Source of the DNA: Octopus sinensis
Lineage: Eukaryota
Reading direction: 5' to 3'
NCBI RefSeq assembly: GCF_006345805.1
Contig: NC_043009.1
Location: 44,206,001-44,270,000 of the forward strand
DNA length: 64,000 nt
A program made the position numbers and the translations under genes. Below the pieces are notes generated by a model, which worked only from the letters and a program-made list of their open reading frames with translations, was not told the DNA's origin and searched no databases. Positions 1-13,182 of the stretch are shown piece by piece (positions within the stretch are counted from its first letter, which is position 1; every line of letters starts with the position of its first letter).

Positions 1-1456
1 TTACATGCCACCGGTATGAGGGCCAGTCAGGCAGTACTGGCATCAACCTCACTCAAAAGGTGTTTTTTACGTGCCACCTGCATGAGAGCCAGTCCGGCAG
101 GTCTGGCAACGACCACACTCAAATGTTTTATAAAAATATATATTATTTGTTATTTATTTATTGGTTTATGTCTATCACTGTTTGAGTTGCATAATAGTAG
201 TTTTATCTCTAATTTATATTTGATATATTTATACTGTGAAATTTGATTTAATACTAAATCGAATTTTTCCCTGTAAGTTTGGAGTTATACTCCCTAATAT
301 TATTATGTATATATATATGTGTGTGTGTGTATGTATAAAAACCACCCACTACACTCCTGGAGTGGTTGGCGTTAGGAAGGGCATCCAGCTGTAGAAACCC
401 TGCCAGATCAGACTGGAGCCTGGTGCAGCCCCTGGCTTCCCAGACCCCGGTCGAACCGTCCAACCTGTGCTAGCACGGAAAACGGACGTTAAACGATGAT
501 GATATGTATGTATCCACATGAATGTCTGTCTGCAAATACATGCTATGTATCTATCACTAAACATTTGATACTGTAATAGATATCAGTGGTGTGACCTCAT
601 TTCTTTGAAGCATGGAGATTATTGAATAGCAATATTTTTAATTTACCACTGTATTTTGTTATATAGATATACACAGACCCATTGTGTTGAAAAGGTAGTT
701 ACTGAGAATCAATTGTTTCATTCCACTCAAATGTTCAACTTAAAGTACATGAAACACAAGTGTAATCAACCACGTTTATTGCAAATGGCTGACTGCCAGA
801 CTTCACCTAAAATACACCATAATGCCCTTGGACTGAAACGGCTTCTAATTTTGAGTGATGGCACCAGACTGCTCCCACTTACATGTCGAGTCTAGCTTCC
901 TGCTTCCCAGCATATCACTGCAGTAATCATTGACATGATCACCATCACTGGTCTTAGATCTTACTTGGGTCACACTCAATAATTGGAACGCTTTTCTGTA
1001 AAAGCAGAGTTTGATTGATTTCCTGTGGAGTTTAGTCTTCTAGGTGAAGTAGTGGTGGTGGTGATGGGCTCTATCTTTAACTGTGACTGTCCACTTGACC
1101 ATCTCATGTCAGGTTTGTTGCAATGCAAAGGAGGGATATAATTTCATGGTGTAATTCCTCTAAACCATTACTCTATTATTATTTTACCTGGTAACTTTGA
1201 GTAAACATCAAGTTGTATTTTCTTTTAGAGTTCCATTTTAACTGTTTCCACTATAATTTTAGAATAGTAGAGTTAACAGTTATTTGAAACCCCAGTGATC
1301 ATTTATTCGCAGTTTTCCTATATTGGTGGCAACAGATTTTGTTTTATCATGTTGTTGGTTATGAGTACATGCTACTGCCAATGTTCAATGAGGCAGAAAT
1401 GCTTCTAGCATTCTCACCATCCACTGCACAGATCATTTTTGTCTACCTCCTATATG

Positions 1457-1460
<4 letters not shown>

Positions 1461-1494
<34 letters not shown>
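1461..1494. repeat. (TA)17 microsatellite
   Basis: Direct reading. Confidence 0.95.
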
Positions 1495-1498
<4 letters not shown>

Positions 1499-4400
1499 CA
1501 GTAATGCTTGGGTATATGAGTTAATTTGTTCCTGGAGATTGCTCATAAAGTGAAAACTTGTAAAGCCGAGCAATAATTTCCCATAGTAGCATTGTTGCCA
1601 TTATTTAATGTTCGCTTTCCATACTGGCATAGGTTGGACAGTTTGACTGGGGATTGGCAAACCAGGAGGCTGCACCAAACTCCAATCTTATCTGGCAATA
1701 TTTCTACAGCTGGATGCCCTTCCTAACACCAACCACTCCAAGAGTGTAGTGAGTGCTTTTTACGTGCCACGGGATCCAGTTAGGTGGCACTGGCATCAGC
1801 CACGTTCGGATGGTGCCTTTTACATGCCACCGGCACAGGAGCCAGTAGGGGCGGGGAGAGGGGGCTGGCATTGACCATGTTCGGATGGTGGTTTTTACAT
1901 GCTGCCAGCACAAATCGTAATTTGTTCCCAGAAAATTAATTTACCTGTAAAATTTATAGTACTCATAAATAAATGGCAATAAAGCAACGGTAGAATGTAA
2001 AGAAAGTAAAAAGAATGTCAAGCTCATTTATAATAAAAAATATTACTATCATAATTGTTTTCTGAATTGCTTTCACTTGCACTAGACTCATGCACACCAT
2101 CACTTGTAGACATGATCACTGATTCATAAGCATTTGAAGATTTATTTTTAAAAAAACAAGTCTAGAGTTGTTTGCTTAGAAGCTTTTTTTCACTCTCTAT
2201 AAATTTCTTAGTAAAACACAGAAACATTTGTCATGATAGTAGAAACTTCTGCACTTCGTTCAAAATTTGGATATTATGCTTGAAAAATAAGTTGTAAACC
2301 CAGGGTCTCGTAAAGTAGGTCCTTGTAAATATATATATATGTATTGTATTTTTAAACACCTCAGGTGTATTATTATCAGATGTATTATCTCCAATCAAAT
2401 ACCACAAATTTGTTCAGTCCAACTGCATGGCATCTTGGGCAAGTGTCTTCTATTATAGCCTTGGGCTGACCAGCCTTGTGAGTGGATTTGACTGACAGAA
2501 ACTGTAAAAGCCATGTGTGTGTCTGTGTTTGTCTTCCACCATTACTTGAAAGCTGGTGTTGGTATAGTTGGGCAAAAGAGACCAATAAAGTACTAGGTTT
2601 TAAAAACAACAAAAAAAAAAACTGGGGTCAATTCATTTGACTAAAGATTATTCAACATGGCTGCAGTCTGGTGACTGAACCAAGTAAAAAGTATAAGATT
2701 GTAAAGCAATAATTCTATATGATAAGGAAGAATCGTCACAAAAATAGAGAATTATCATTTGTGGCTAAATATCAATGAGACCACTCATTGATCAGTTTGT
2801 AGTATAAAAGTGTAAACGTTTGCCATTTTCAATCACTTTCTGTGATAGCTGAAGCTTCTTTTGATGAGAGATTTTGTTCAGAGCAAGAAGGAATTCTTGA
2901 GAAGAAAATAAGTTTATTATACTGTGGAAGGAAACCCAAAACTGTAGTTTCAGAAACATCAGTTTTTAACTCATAGTGGAACTTGAAGTGAGATAGGAGC
3001 ATTAACTATCGAAGTTTTGAACATAGAAAAGTAGGATTTAGTAGTGGTTGAATTAGTTCCAAGAAATAAGACACTCCATTTAGGTAGTAACTAAACAAAT
3101 CTAATAATTGCTGTTTGTTTATTTAGCATTGCTGGGTGTCAGGTAATCAACAAGGTGTTTCAGTCTTTCCAGATCAGGTTGCAAAAAATTATTTTCTATT
3201 TTGTAAATTAGATAACAAATGGAGATTTGGCAGAGAAGAAAATATTTTGTCATTATTCATAATAACCGAAATAAATTTAGCAAAGTTCCTAGCATGTTCT
3301 TCATTAGTTTTTTGCCAATGACAATAACAGTAAACTCCTCTGATATCATTGTCAGTAATTATACCATGCACCATTCTTTAAAAAGTATCGATAACATTAG
3401 TCACACTAAACCTTGTAAACTCGAATAATTGTCCATCAGCCTGGAATAACTCCTCTCTGGTCTGGTGCTGTAGATTTTACTATAGGCAATAAAACACACA
3501 AAATCTTAGAAACTGGACATTTAGTTAGTAGCAACAATTTGTTTATAAACAATTGTTATCAAGGTGTTGTTTGCCACTGTTTCTTGCTACTATAGTTTGT
3601 ACTGTCCATTGGAGAGGTTGATGGGCTCAGTATTACGATCATCAAGAGGCCATTTAGTCTTGTTGGCATTTTATGAAGTAGAAGAAAGGCAACAGTACAA
3701 AATATTGTGATGAAATATGAGGATGGGTGGGGGTTACCAACATTGGAAAAAGTCGAGCATCAGTGTCCACTTTCCATGCTGGTATGGGTTGGACTGTTTG
3801 ACTGAGGACTGGCGAGTCAGAAGGCTGCACTAGGCACCAGTCTGATCTGGCAAAGTTTCTACAGCTGGATATCCCAGACTTATAGAGGAACACAAGTTAA
3901 TGCAAATATTTAAGTGCATCTTTTCATAAAGAAGGACCCACATAAGGTGTTTGAAATACAGAAAGATGAAGAAACAGTCTATTTACATTGAGTTTCCAGG
4001 TCAACTTGAAGACATTGCTGAGATGTTGGGAGTGGGAGATTTCTTGCAAAACATCTTTATGCAACTGGCAGCATGATCTGGATTATGTGTAGTGTTCTCA
4101 GTTAAGCTTTATATATACAGTGATAGTGGCTTTTTGAAGAGTATTTGCAAAAAATAATTAGAATCATCACGATAATTGTATTCTGTCTTTTGATGTAAAT
4201 GCATTTGAAGATACTAAGGCAGTGTTGTAGTTGTAGCAATCTGTAATATATTTGAAGATTAAAGGTGAGATGAAGTTAATTAGCAAAACGTTTTTGCTAA
4301 TCGGAGTAATCTAGGAATTTAAGAAGAAAATTTAAGGAAGGCAGTTTTCAAGCCTGTCCGCCTTGTTCCTGTATCTAATGAAGTACCATCAGAATAATGT

Positions 4401-5385
4401 GACCATTGTTATATTTTCTTGAGATTGTAGGCAAGAGACAGTTGCCAGTTCAACTTCAGTATTTGAACCACAAATGTAAATGTCTGTGTTTATTGCAAGT
4501 GGCTGGTAACCAGTCTCCAACTAAAATATACCATAATGCATCTGGATAGGAAGTAGCCGTCCCTAGCAATATATGTCATCACCACCATTTTGCTTTCTGG
4601 GCCAACATGGTTTGGATGGTTTGGCAGAATACAATGGGTTGAGACGACAATGTCTTGTTTCACTATCCCAGTTTTGGTATGGTTTCTATGGCTGGATGCT
4701 CTTCCTAATGCCAACCACTTTACAGAGGGCACTGGGTGCTTTGATAAAGCATATTATTCTACTTACTATCATCGACTGGTCTGTTTATTGTTGGAAAGGC
4801 ACTTAGCTCTTAAGACATTTCCTTTAACTGTATGTAAATGTTTAAAATTCTTAATATCATACTTGTGATAACTTGAAAAATTAGACATGAAAAATGATAT
4901 CAACTTAGTAGGATAGCTATTTAATAGACTTTGTACTCAGTTTTTCCATTGTTGATCAACTTTAAAATAAATTTATAATTGCTTTTATTAATTCTAAAAT
5001 TCTAATATTTTATGGTCTCCTTATGTGGTCACTTCTTTGGAAATCTCTTCATCAGTTTGTGTAATTGTGTAGATCTATGTATTTTAACTGAACATTAGTC
5101 ATCATTAAATTAATATTCTTCCACTTCAGAATGCTTATGCTTTCACATAAGGGAATCATTTAGAAGCTTTGTTATTACTGCCAAAAGCAATTTATTAGCT
5201 TGAGGCGAGTTAGAAAATAATTAAAGGAATATTTAGGAAGTACTCCACTCGCTTCTCTCACATATGCATTGTATAGAAATAGACTCAAATATCTGATCTG
5301 TCTAAAAAAGAAGTATTTTCAAATCAATATATCAGTAGTTTTCTGCCTATTATTATAATGAATATCTTTTTAAAATCTTTTACAG

Positions 5386-5533
5386 CATCAAATTCTGCAA
5401 AGGGATTAGCAATGTTTCAAGTTTGGAAACTTCAGATTTGCCATTCCACAAAGCTTTGTACGACTTGTTTATCAGTGTTGTGCGAGGTCATATGAAACCT
5501 GATCATGCTGTTTCAACAATTACTGAAATAGTG
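5386..5533 (+). CDS. THOC2: THOC2 exon (first in window): IKFCKGISNVSSLETSDLPFHKALYDLFISVVRGHMKPDHAVSTITEIV
   Basis: tacag acceptor, phase-2 start. Aligns to human LHLCRIL...[30 protein letters not shown]. Ends at GC donor G|GCAAGT. Confidence 0.85.
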
Positions 5534-7559
5534 GCAAGTATTTCTCTTTGGTTTATTTTTTTTACTTTATCCTGCTATGATATTTCTCTTTTGTTTTTGT
5601 TTTCGTGCTTTACCAATCAGGTTATGGAGGCCATCTTTGCATTTAGTATATATTTTTATTCCAAAAACATATGGTCGTCCTTAATTACCAAATGTCTCTT
5701 GGAACCCAATTTAGTTCTTATATTAAATGTCATAGATTCCATACAATATAGCATGTTTGGAATATTTAAAGAGATTTTTCAAGCATAATTAAAATGTACT
5801 GGAATTTGTTATGCATAACAGAACAGTATTAATTTAAAATACCAACTTGTGCATCATGCTTCAAACAGATACATCATTGAAGGCCATATTTACTGCAGGC
5901 CATATTTACTGGAGATAATATTTCTTATAAGACATACAGTTTAATAATGCAAAAATATATCAGTTGCAAATGAAAATAGTCTAGCAGCAGTTGTAGTATT
6001 ATCAGATGAGCATTTCTGCCACTTTGGGCTTTGTCTACTACTAATATATTTTTGTTTTTAAATACTGTATATTTGTAAGAGATATTATTTCGGTACAAAT
6101 GCTGTAGTAAATTTGGTTTTCTGTGATGTATCTGAATTGAATTAACAATTCCAGTTCAAAATAGCAATCAATACCTGCTGGGTGGTTGGTGTTAGGAAGG
6201 GTATCCTGCTGTAAAAATCCTGTCAAAACAGACACAGAAGTCTGGTGCAGGCTTCTGTCTGGCCGGCTCCTGGAAGGCGGACATTAAACTATGATGACGA
6301 TATCATTGTTATCATAGACATTAAATGATGATGATTGCTATTGACATTAAATGATGATAGATTGCTATTTTGAACCGGAATATACCAAATATCTTATTGC
6401 TTTCTAACAGTTTAACCACTTTGTCACCATTGCACCAGCATTGGATAAAACAGTTTTAGGTCAGTCCTGATTAAGTAAATCTATGAAAAAAAAAACAAAC
6501 AACATTCCAGTTGTGACCATTTTTTTGTACATGGATTACATTTTTGATTTGTCTTTTTTTTTTCTAAGGTTGTAGGTTATGATTTTAGGAAAATTTGGCT
6601 GCTATTTCTAACAGCTGAGTGGTTAGGTAAAAACTCTGTTGTTGACTTATTAAACAGAGAATATTGATTTAAAATTTTAGTGCAAAGCCAGCAAGTTTGA
6701 GGGAGGGGCTAAGTTGATTACATCAACACCAGTACTCAGCTGGTACTTATTTTATTGACCCTGAAAGAATGAAAGGCAAAGTTGACCTCGGCAGAATTTG
6801 AACACAAAACATAAAGACAAATGAAATGCTGCTAAGCATTTTGCCCTGTTTGCTAATGATTCTGCCAGCTTGCCGCTTTATATTAAACAAAATACTGATG
6901 TATTTGATGTCCCAATAGACTTGAGCAAGTTCACCTCTAACGAAACTTTACTAATGATTGCAGTTAACTGTGTTAAACTATTCAACTCTTTTTCTTTCAT
7001 CACATGCAATTTTTGAAAATTTTTTCCCCAAACAAAACTAAATGATGTTTAACACTTTGGTAAACTATATTTCTGTTGAAATTCACTGCCTTTATTTCAA
7101 TTACTTTTTAAAATAATGATGAATTTAAGTAAAATAGCTTCATTATTAAGCTAGAACTTGAAACCTAAATTGACATAAAATTTCAGTGGTAAGTTTTAAT
7201 GCACATCATTTTAAAGCATGAATTTTGTATCATAGAACCAGAACCAATCTCAGGCAAGATGGTATTAAAAGGCTTATATTTTACATATTTTTTTTTGTGA
7301 ATCAGGATCCATCGAGTCATTGATTAACCTATTAGCATTTAAACTGGCATTCTAAAAATAAACAAATACTTCATCAAGATCTCGAAGCTATTAGATAATG
7401 GTCTGATTAATTCAAAACAATGTGAATAAATAATCATTATATTTGTCAGATTAATCTGAATGCTAAAGGGTTTATTGTCAATTTTTATTACCATGGATGA
7501 ATAATAAATTTCTTTCTGGAATTAAATATGAGAATAAATCTAGTGAAAAAATGCTTTAC

Positions 7560-8135
7560 TGTCTTCATCCGGACGAAAAGAGCTCAAATCCTGCTGAGGT
7601 CAATTTTACCTTTTATCTCTTCAGGGTTGGTATAATAAAGTACCAGTTAAGTTCTAGGGTCAGTGTAATCAGCTAACCCCCTTCTCTTCAAAATTGCTGG
7701 CTTCTCTTCAAAATCAGAAATTGTTATTATGATTATTAGGGTGGTGATTAGCAGAATTATCAGTGCCAGATATCTGCTTTGCAGTATTTCTTTCTGCTCT
7801 TTATGTTCTGAGTTCAAATCCTGCCAAGGTCAGCTGTACTTTTCATCCTTTAAAGTTTAAGATCCGATGGTATCAGCTAATCCTGTCTTCCCAAATTTCA
7901 AAACTTGTACCTAAATTATAAAAAATTTGAAGGTGGTAGATTGGCAGAATCAATAGAGCATATTTTGTAGTATTTGTTCTGGCTCTTTACATTTTGGGTT
8001 CAATTCTTACCAAGGTCACTTTTGCTTTTCATCCCTCTGAGAACAATAAAATTAAGTTCTGGTCAAGTACTTGGGGTCAATGTAATCAACTAATCTGCTC
8101 CTGTCAAAATTACTGACCCTGTGCCAAAATTAAAA
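7560..8135 (+). mobile_element. Head-to-tail cluster of three decayed third-family SINE copies
   Basis: Repeated blocks tcaaatcctgc...aggtca...tttcatcc and ggggtcaatgtaatc...aaaattgctggc near 7585, 7815 and 8000. Confidence 0.7.
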
Positions 8136-8993
8136 TCAGTTATTCATTTAATTTACATTGTTGGTTACAAATTTCCAACTGGCTAATTACTGCTTCATAA
8201 CAAGAGTGGCAAGGGAGTATCTCTTATTTGGTGCAGAGCAAATATTTTAAAGGACTTTGCTTTCAAAGTATTAGTTTATGGTCTTTCACCAATATACAAT
8301 CACAACTGATTCCTACAGAAGGACTAGAACACAGTACTATAGACCCACCCCCACCCAAAAAAAAAAACAATGGGCATTTAATTCTGCTGTGCTTATGCTA
8401 TCTACATTTGTGAACTATCTCATCTGTGATTCCTGTACATAATTTATTATTGGATTGGTTGGCATTAGGAAGAGCCATAGAAACCATGTCAAATCAAACT
8501 GGAACCTGGTGTAGCACCCCCAGCTTTCAGTTAGACCATCCAACCCATGCCAGCATGGAAAATGGATGTTAAATGAAGATGATGATGATGAATTTACCTG
8601 CAGGTAGACTTCATTATCGGGTATCTCTTGTTTACAGAGACAATGCTTAAATATTTTTACAATACTCAGTAACCTAAAAAATGAAACCCTTAGCAAATGT
8701 GACCTTGTATTCAGATCTTCTACAGTTAACTTTCTTTGAAACATGGTCCAGTATTACAATGTATTTGGACACATTAAACTTACTTCAGATCTGTTCAGTT
8801 TCACTCACAGATTTTTAAATTATTTTTTGTTAACTAAACAGTTTGAAACTTTATACTCATGTAATTTTTCACGCTCAACACAGTTTACTTTCAATATTTT
8901 TGACATTTTTGTATTTTAGAAGTTATTTCATGTTTAATTTGTCATATTTGGGTAATTTTAACCAATCAACGATGTGTATTCAATTGAAGAAAG

Positions 8994-9302
8994 CTACTGC
9001 TGTTTGTGATAGTAATCGAAGAGAATCAGCTTCTGGGTCATCTCTGCTTTTACAGTCTGTCTGAGACTAGTGAAATCAGAGCAGTTAGCATTTCTCTTGA
9101 ACAGTTGTAAATCTAACAAGAGGAGTGCTAATTCCATCAGATGGTTATAAACTGGAACACTTTTAATCATAGGTCTACTCCACCAGGAGTGATTTGGATC
9201 TAACCAAACTCTAATATTGCTATAGCTTGTACAGTTTATTTTAGGAAATGTTTGGCAAAGTTCTGTTGTTAGACTATTATTGCTGAATGATGTCATATTC
9301 AT
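8994..9302 (-). mobile_element. Possible decayed hAT transposase C-terminal dimerisation fragment
   Basis: Minus ORF contains WWS....VYNHLMELALLLL and SLRQTVKAEMTQKLILF, resembling the WW..YP.L..LA..L / R..L pattern. Similarity judged by eye only. Confidence 0.4.
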
Positions 9303-9331
9303 ATGTCAATGTCTCATCTTTCTTTTTCTAG

Positions 9332-9383
9332 GATTTCCACAAAGAGCTACCTTCATTACTTGCTAGTATTCTCAGCATAATAG
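9332..9383 (+). CDS. THOC2: THOC2 exon: DFHKELPSLLASILSII
   Basis: ttctag acceptor, G|GTAAGG donor, 52 nt. Matches human EFREDMPSILADVFCIL. Confidence 0.9.
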
Positions 9384-10527
9384 GTAAGGAAAAACACTTC
9401 CTGTAAAATTTCATCTTTTCATTTGATCAAGATTCATAGAAACTGCAAGTGTATTTGGTAGGAAGTAACTAAAAGTTTTTTTTAATTTTTACACATACAC
9501 ACACACACATTTATACATGCAGGCATGCCTGTGTGGTAAGAAGTTTGCTTCTCAACCATATGGTTCCTAGTTCAGTCCCACTGCATACCACCTTGGGCAA
9601 GTGTCTTCTACAAAGCCTTGGGCCAACCAAAGCCTTGTGAGTGGATTTGGTAGACAGAAACTGAAAAAAGGTTGTCATTTGTATGGGGTGGTGTTGTCCT
9701 CCACCACCACTTGACAACTGGTGTTAGTGTGTTTACATCCTCGTGGCTTAGCAGTTTGGCAATATAGAATGATAGAATAAGTACCAGGCTTTAAAAGAAA
9801 ATACTAGGGCCGATTCATTTGACTAAAAATTCTTCAAGGCAAAGCCCCAGCCTGGCTGCAGTCTAATGACTGAAACAAACAAAAGATAAAAGAGATGTAT
9901 GTATGTTTGTGGGAGTGAGTTACTATCTCTATCATCTTCACATGTGTTCACTGATTGTAAACAATGGCTTGCTGATAGTGTTGTTCGCTTACAGTCCACT
10001 GTGAAAGCATGGCTGATATATCTTGACATTGTACAATCTTTTTTGACGAGAAGGCTCATTCATTTGAAGTCATTCAGTTCCAGTTCTATACATGTCTGAG
10101 TTGTTGGTTGTTCCATAGACTGGGAGATTACTCACTTAGGAACAAGCGAGTGCTGGCAACAGAAAGAGCACTGGGCACCCAGTGTACTTTGCCCCAGTGT
10201 ACTCTCATTTCACCCATGCACATTTGGAAATGTTGACTTTAAAACAATGATGATAATAACCCTTTCATTACCAAACCAGCTGAAACCAGCTTTAGCTCTG
10301 AGTACAAATGTCTTTTCTTTTATTCTTTTGTTTCAGTCATTTGACTGTGGCCATGCTGGAGCACTGCCTTTAGTCGAGCAAATTGACCCCAGAGCCCTGC
10401 TTGCACCTATCAGAGCTGTACCAAGACAGATTTTTAGTTTCTCACGTTATCAGTTATTCTGTATAAATGACGCTGTGACTCTATATTTGATTATCCTTAT
10501 GCAATAACCTTGTACTTTCCCTTCTAG

Positions 10528-10598
10528 ATGTTGAATCAAGTTGCAGTGATGATAAACAACAGCGAGATCGGTTTCTTCTACTGGTTTCTGGCATGGTG
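10528..10598 (+). CDS. THOC2: THOC2 exon: DVESSCSDDKQQRDRFLLLVSGMV
   Basis: ttctag acceptor, GTAAGT donor, 71 nt, phase 1 to 0. Matches human [24 protein letters not shown]. Confidence 0.9.
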
Positions 10599-10679
10599 GT
10601 AAGTTTTCTTAATACATTGTTTTATGAAATTCTTTATGTCCAAGATGAGTTGTTTATAAGGATAAGACCTCTGCTGACT

Positions 10680-11058
10680 ATTAACCTCAGAGGCGAGGGA
10701 CGAGGTGGTGAAGCATGATCTTTGAATGTTGGGCTTCACAGAGGCAATGACAAGTGACTGAGACCATGGCAATATGCTGTGCTTGAGAGGACTCATCAAG
10801 CCAAGTGAAACTGTGGCCATGACCATTGCCAGTATCATGTAAATGGCACCCATGAAATCGTAGTCATGGCTGTTTCCTGTGGCATGTAAAAGAACCCCTT
10901 ACACTCTTAGAGTAGTTGGTGTTAGGAAGGGCATCCAGCCATAGAAATCACGCCAAATCAGACTGGTGCCTGGTGCAGCTCTCTTGTTTACAGGTTCCAG
11001 CCAAGCCATCTAACCCATGCCAGCATGGAAAGCAGACGTTAAATGATGATGATGATAT
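10680..11058 (+). mobile_element. 5'-truncated RTE LINE 3' end (decayed)
   Basis: DEVVKHDL*MLGFTEAMTSD*D followed by the same 3' UTR (aggaagggcatccagcc) and gttaaatgatgatgat tail. Confidence 0.75.
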
Positions 11059-11938
11059 GTGTGCATGTGTGTGCATCCAGCCATGGAAACCATGCCAAAA
11101 CAAGCAGGGAGCCCTGAACAGCTGGTCAGCTCATGTCAAACTGCCCAACCCATGCCAGCATGGAAAACAGGTGTTAAATGATGATATATATATATATATG
11201 AAAAAAACATACATACATACATATATATTTGCATATGGTGATGTCACTGTTGCCAGTGCTATGGAGAAAGCACCCAGTACACTCTGTAAATCATCATTTT
11301 AATGTCCACTTTCCCATACTTGCATCAGTCACAGAATTTAAGGCATATTTTCTATGGCTGGATGCCCTTCCTGTTTCCAAGCAAGGTAATGTTTCCCCAT
11401 GGTTGGTGATGTTTTTGTAGAATATTAGAAATGAATGACATTCATTTACAATATTATGCAATGTCAAGACAAGGAGAGACAAATATATATATATATATAT
11501 ATATGTGTATACACACACACATACAGGGTTATTTAAAAAGAAAGATTTAAAATTTATTTTTAAAACAAACAGTAAGAGACACACACATTCTACATATTTC
11601 TTGATAGGGAAAAGTTTAAAATTTATTTTTAGGTAGTATGCACTCATCATGAGCACTGGTGCTTTTTCCTTTACAAATGCCACCTTTTTCTGTGAAATTT
11701 TTATACCATTCATAAATTTGCTTGTAATGAGGTGGATTTTTATTGAATTGTCGGTGAAATTCATGCGGTACTTACACAATAGATCCACATTTCAACTGCA
11801 GCACACAAAAGGACTTTTCTTGTGGCGTCACCATTTTCTAATGGATTACACAAATGAAAATTATACAGCTTTAAATAAAATGAACAAAATGAAACATTAA
11901 AGCAAAATTAAAATATTTTATTTAAGGCTTAATTCAAT

Positions 11939-12360
11939 TGCTTTAAGAATACATTTCTTTCTTAGAAAACATCAACAGAAATCAAAACAAAGTAAGACAT
12001 TTGCCACCTTCATGGTTGTTGATGTCCTCTGCTAAAGCCTGTCCAGGGAGGCTGAGCAGCCACTGACCTCAAAATAGAAAGTCAATAATGACTCTCACAC
12101 GTGAGTAGCAGCATTCATGTTGTACTGACAGCCCTAATTGCCTGAGTAACAGTAGGACCAAGAATCATCTCAGCACCTTTCATGACAATGGACATTATAC
12201 AAGCCTAACATTACTGACTTTCTATTTTGAGGTCGCTGGCTGCTCAGCCTCCCTAGACAGGCTTTAGCAGAGGACATCAACAACCATGAAGGTGGCAAAT
12301 GTCTTACTTTGTTTTGATTTCTGTTGATGTTTTCTAAATAAGAAATGTATTCTTAAAGCA
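11939..12360. repeat. Long inverted repeat (152-nt arms, 118-nt spacer), MITE-like or fold-back element
   Basis: Arms 11939-12090 and 12209-12360 are reverse complements with about 6 mismatches. Confidence 0.9.
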
Positions 12361-12787
12361 GGGCCTTAAACCCTACTTTGCACCACAACCAACCTGGAAG
12401 AGCAGGTCTGTATTTAGCAACCTTTCACTGATTCATGCCTACAGACAAGTACTAGATGTTATATTTTGTGTGTCTTGAAGGGGCTGCCACACCAACACAA
12501 ATCCTATTAACTCTTCTTAGACATTAACAGTCCCCACAAAATATAATCATCATTGTCATCACCGCCATCATCACTAAATGTCCATCTTCCATGCATGCAT
12601 GGGTAGGATGGTTCACAAGAGCTGGCCAGGTAGAAGAACTACTCTATGCTACTCTGTTATGAAATTTGTTATAATTTCATTTGATTAACTTTCTGAAAAT
12701 TAATTCAAAGAATGATTAAAAACCATAATGATTAGAAATTTTCACTTTTTTTTTTTATTAAAATTATTATTTTATTTTTATTTTTAG

Positions 12788-12909
12788 GGTATTGTCCCTG
12801 ATTGTGTTTTGAAAGAGAGATTGGACCAAGAGACTTTAGAATGTGTGGGTTTAATACAATCTAAACAACTCTTCCAACAAAAATATGTTAAAACCAAGAC
12901 AAAACTCTA
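12788..12909 (+). CDS. THOC2: THOC2 exon: [40 protein letters not shown]
   Basis: AG/GTAAGT boundaries, 122 nt, LKERLD and KTKL motifs. Confidence 0.96.
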
Positions 12910-13048
12910 GTAAGTGTATTTTTGTTTCTGATTCCATTTATTCCCTATATATATATATTTTGTATCATATTTTGTATCATTCTAAATCTTGTTTACTCAC
13001 TGTTACCACAATTGCTACCCACTCATCTTTAATCATTCTTGTTTGCAG

Positions 13049-13182
13049 CTACAAACAACAGAAATTCAACTTACTTCGTGAAGAAAGTGAAGGTTATGCA
13101 AAACTTATGAGTGAACTAAATCAAGACCTGTCAGATGGTATTGGGTATTTGCAAGTACTGGAAACTATCAAGTCATTAATAG
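13049..13182 (+). CDS. THOC2: THOC2 exon: [45 protein letters not shown]
   Basis: tgcag acceptor, G|GTTTGT donor, 134 nt, signature [12 protein letters not shown]. Confidence 0.97.

Noticed and set aside
1-5385. Search for the THOC2 first coding exon (expected W..WEK.G..EF-like, ending in phase 2)
   Set aside because: No matching segment with a donor was found; it probably lies upstream of the window.
11294-11788. 164-aa minus-strand ORF
   Set aside because: Crosses (TA)n/(CA)n microsatellite and repeat sequence; low-complexity translation with no recognisable domain.
12285-12305. Hammerhead core inside the 152-bp fold-back (ccatgaaggtggcaaatgtc)
   Set aside because: Lacks CUGANGA (or a paired variant) and lacks GAAA after a stem II; resemblance is superficial.
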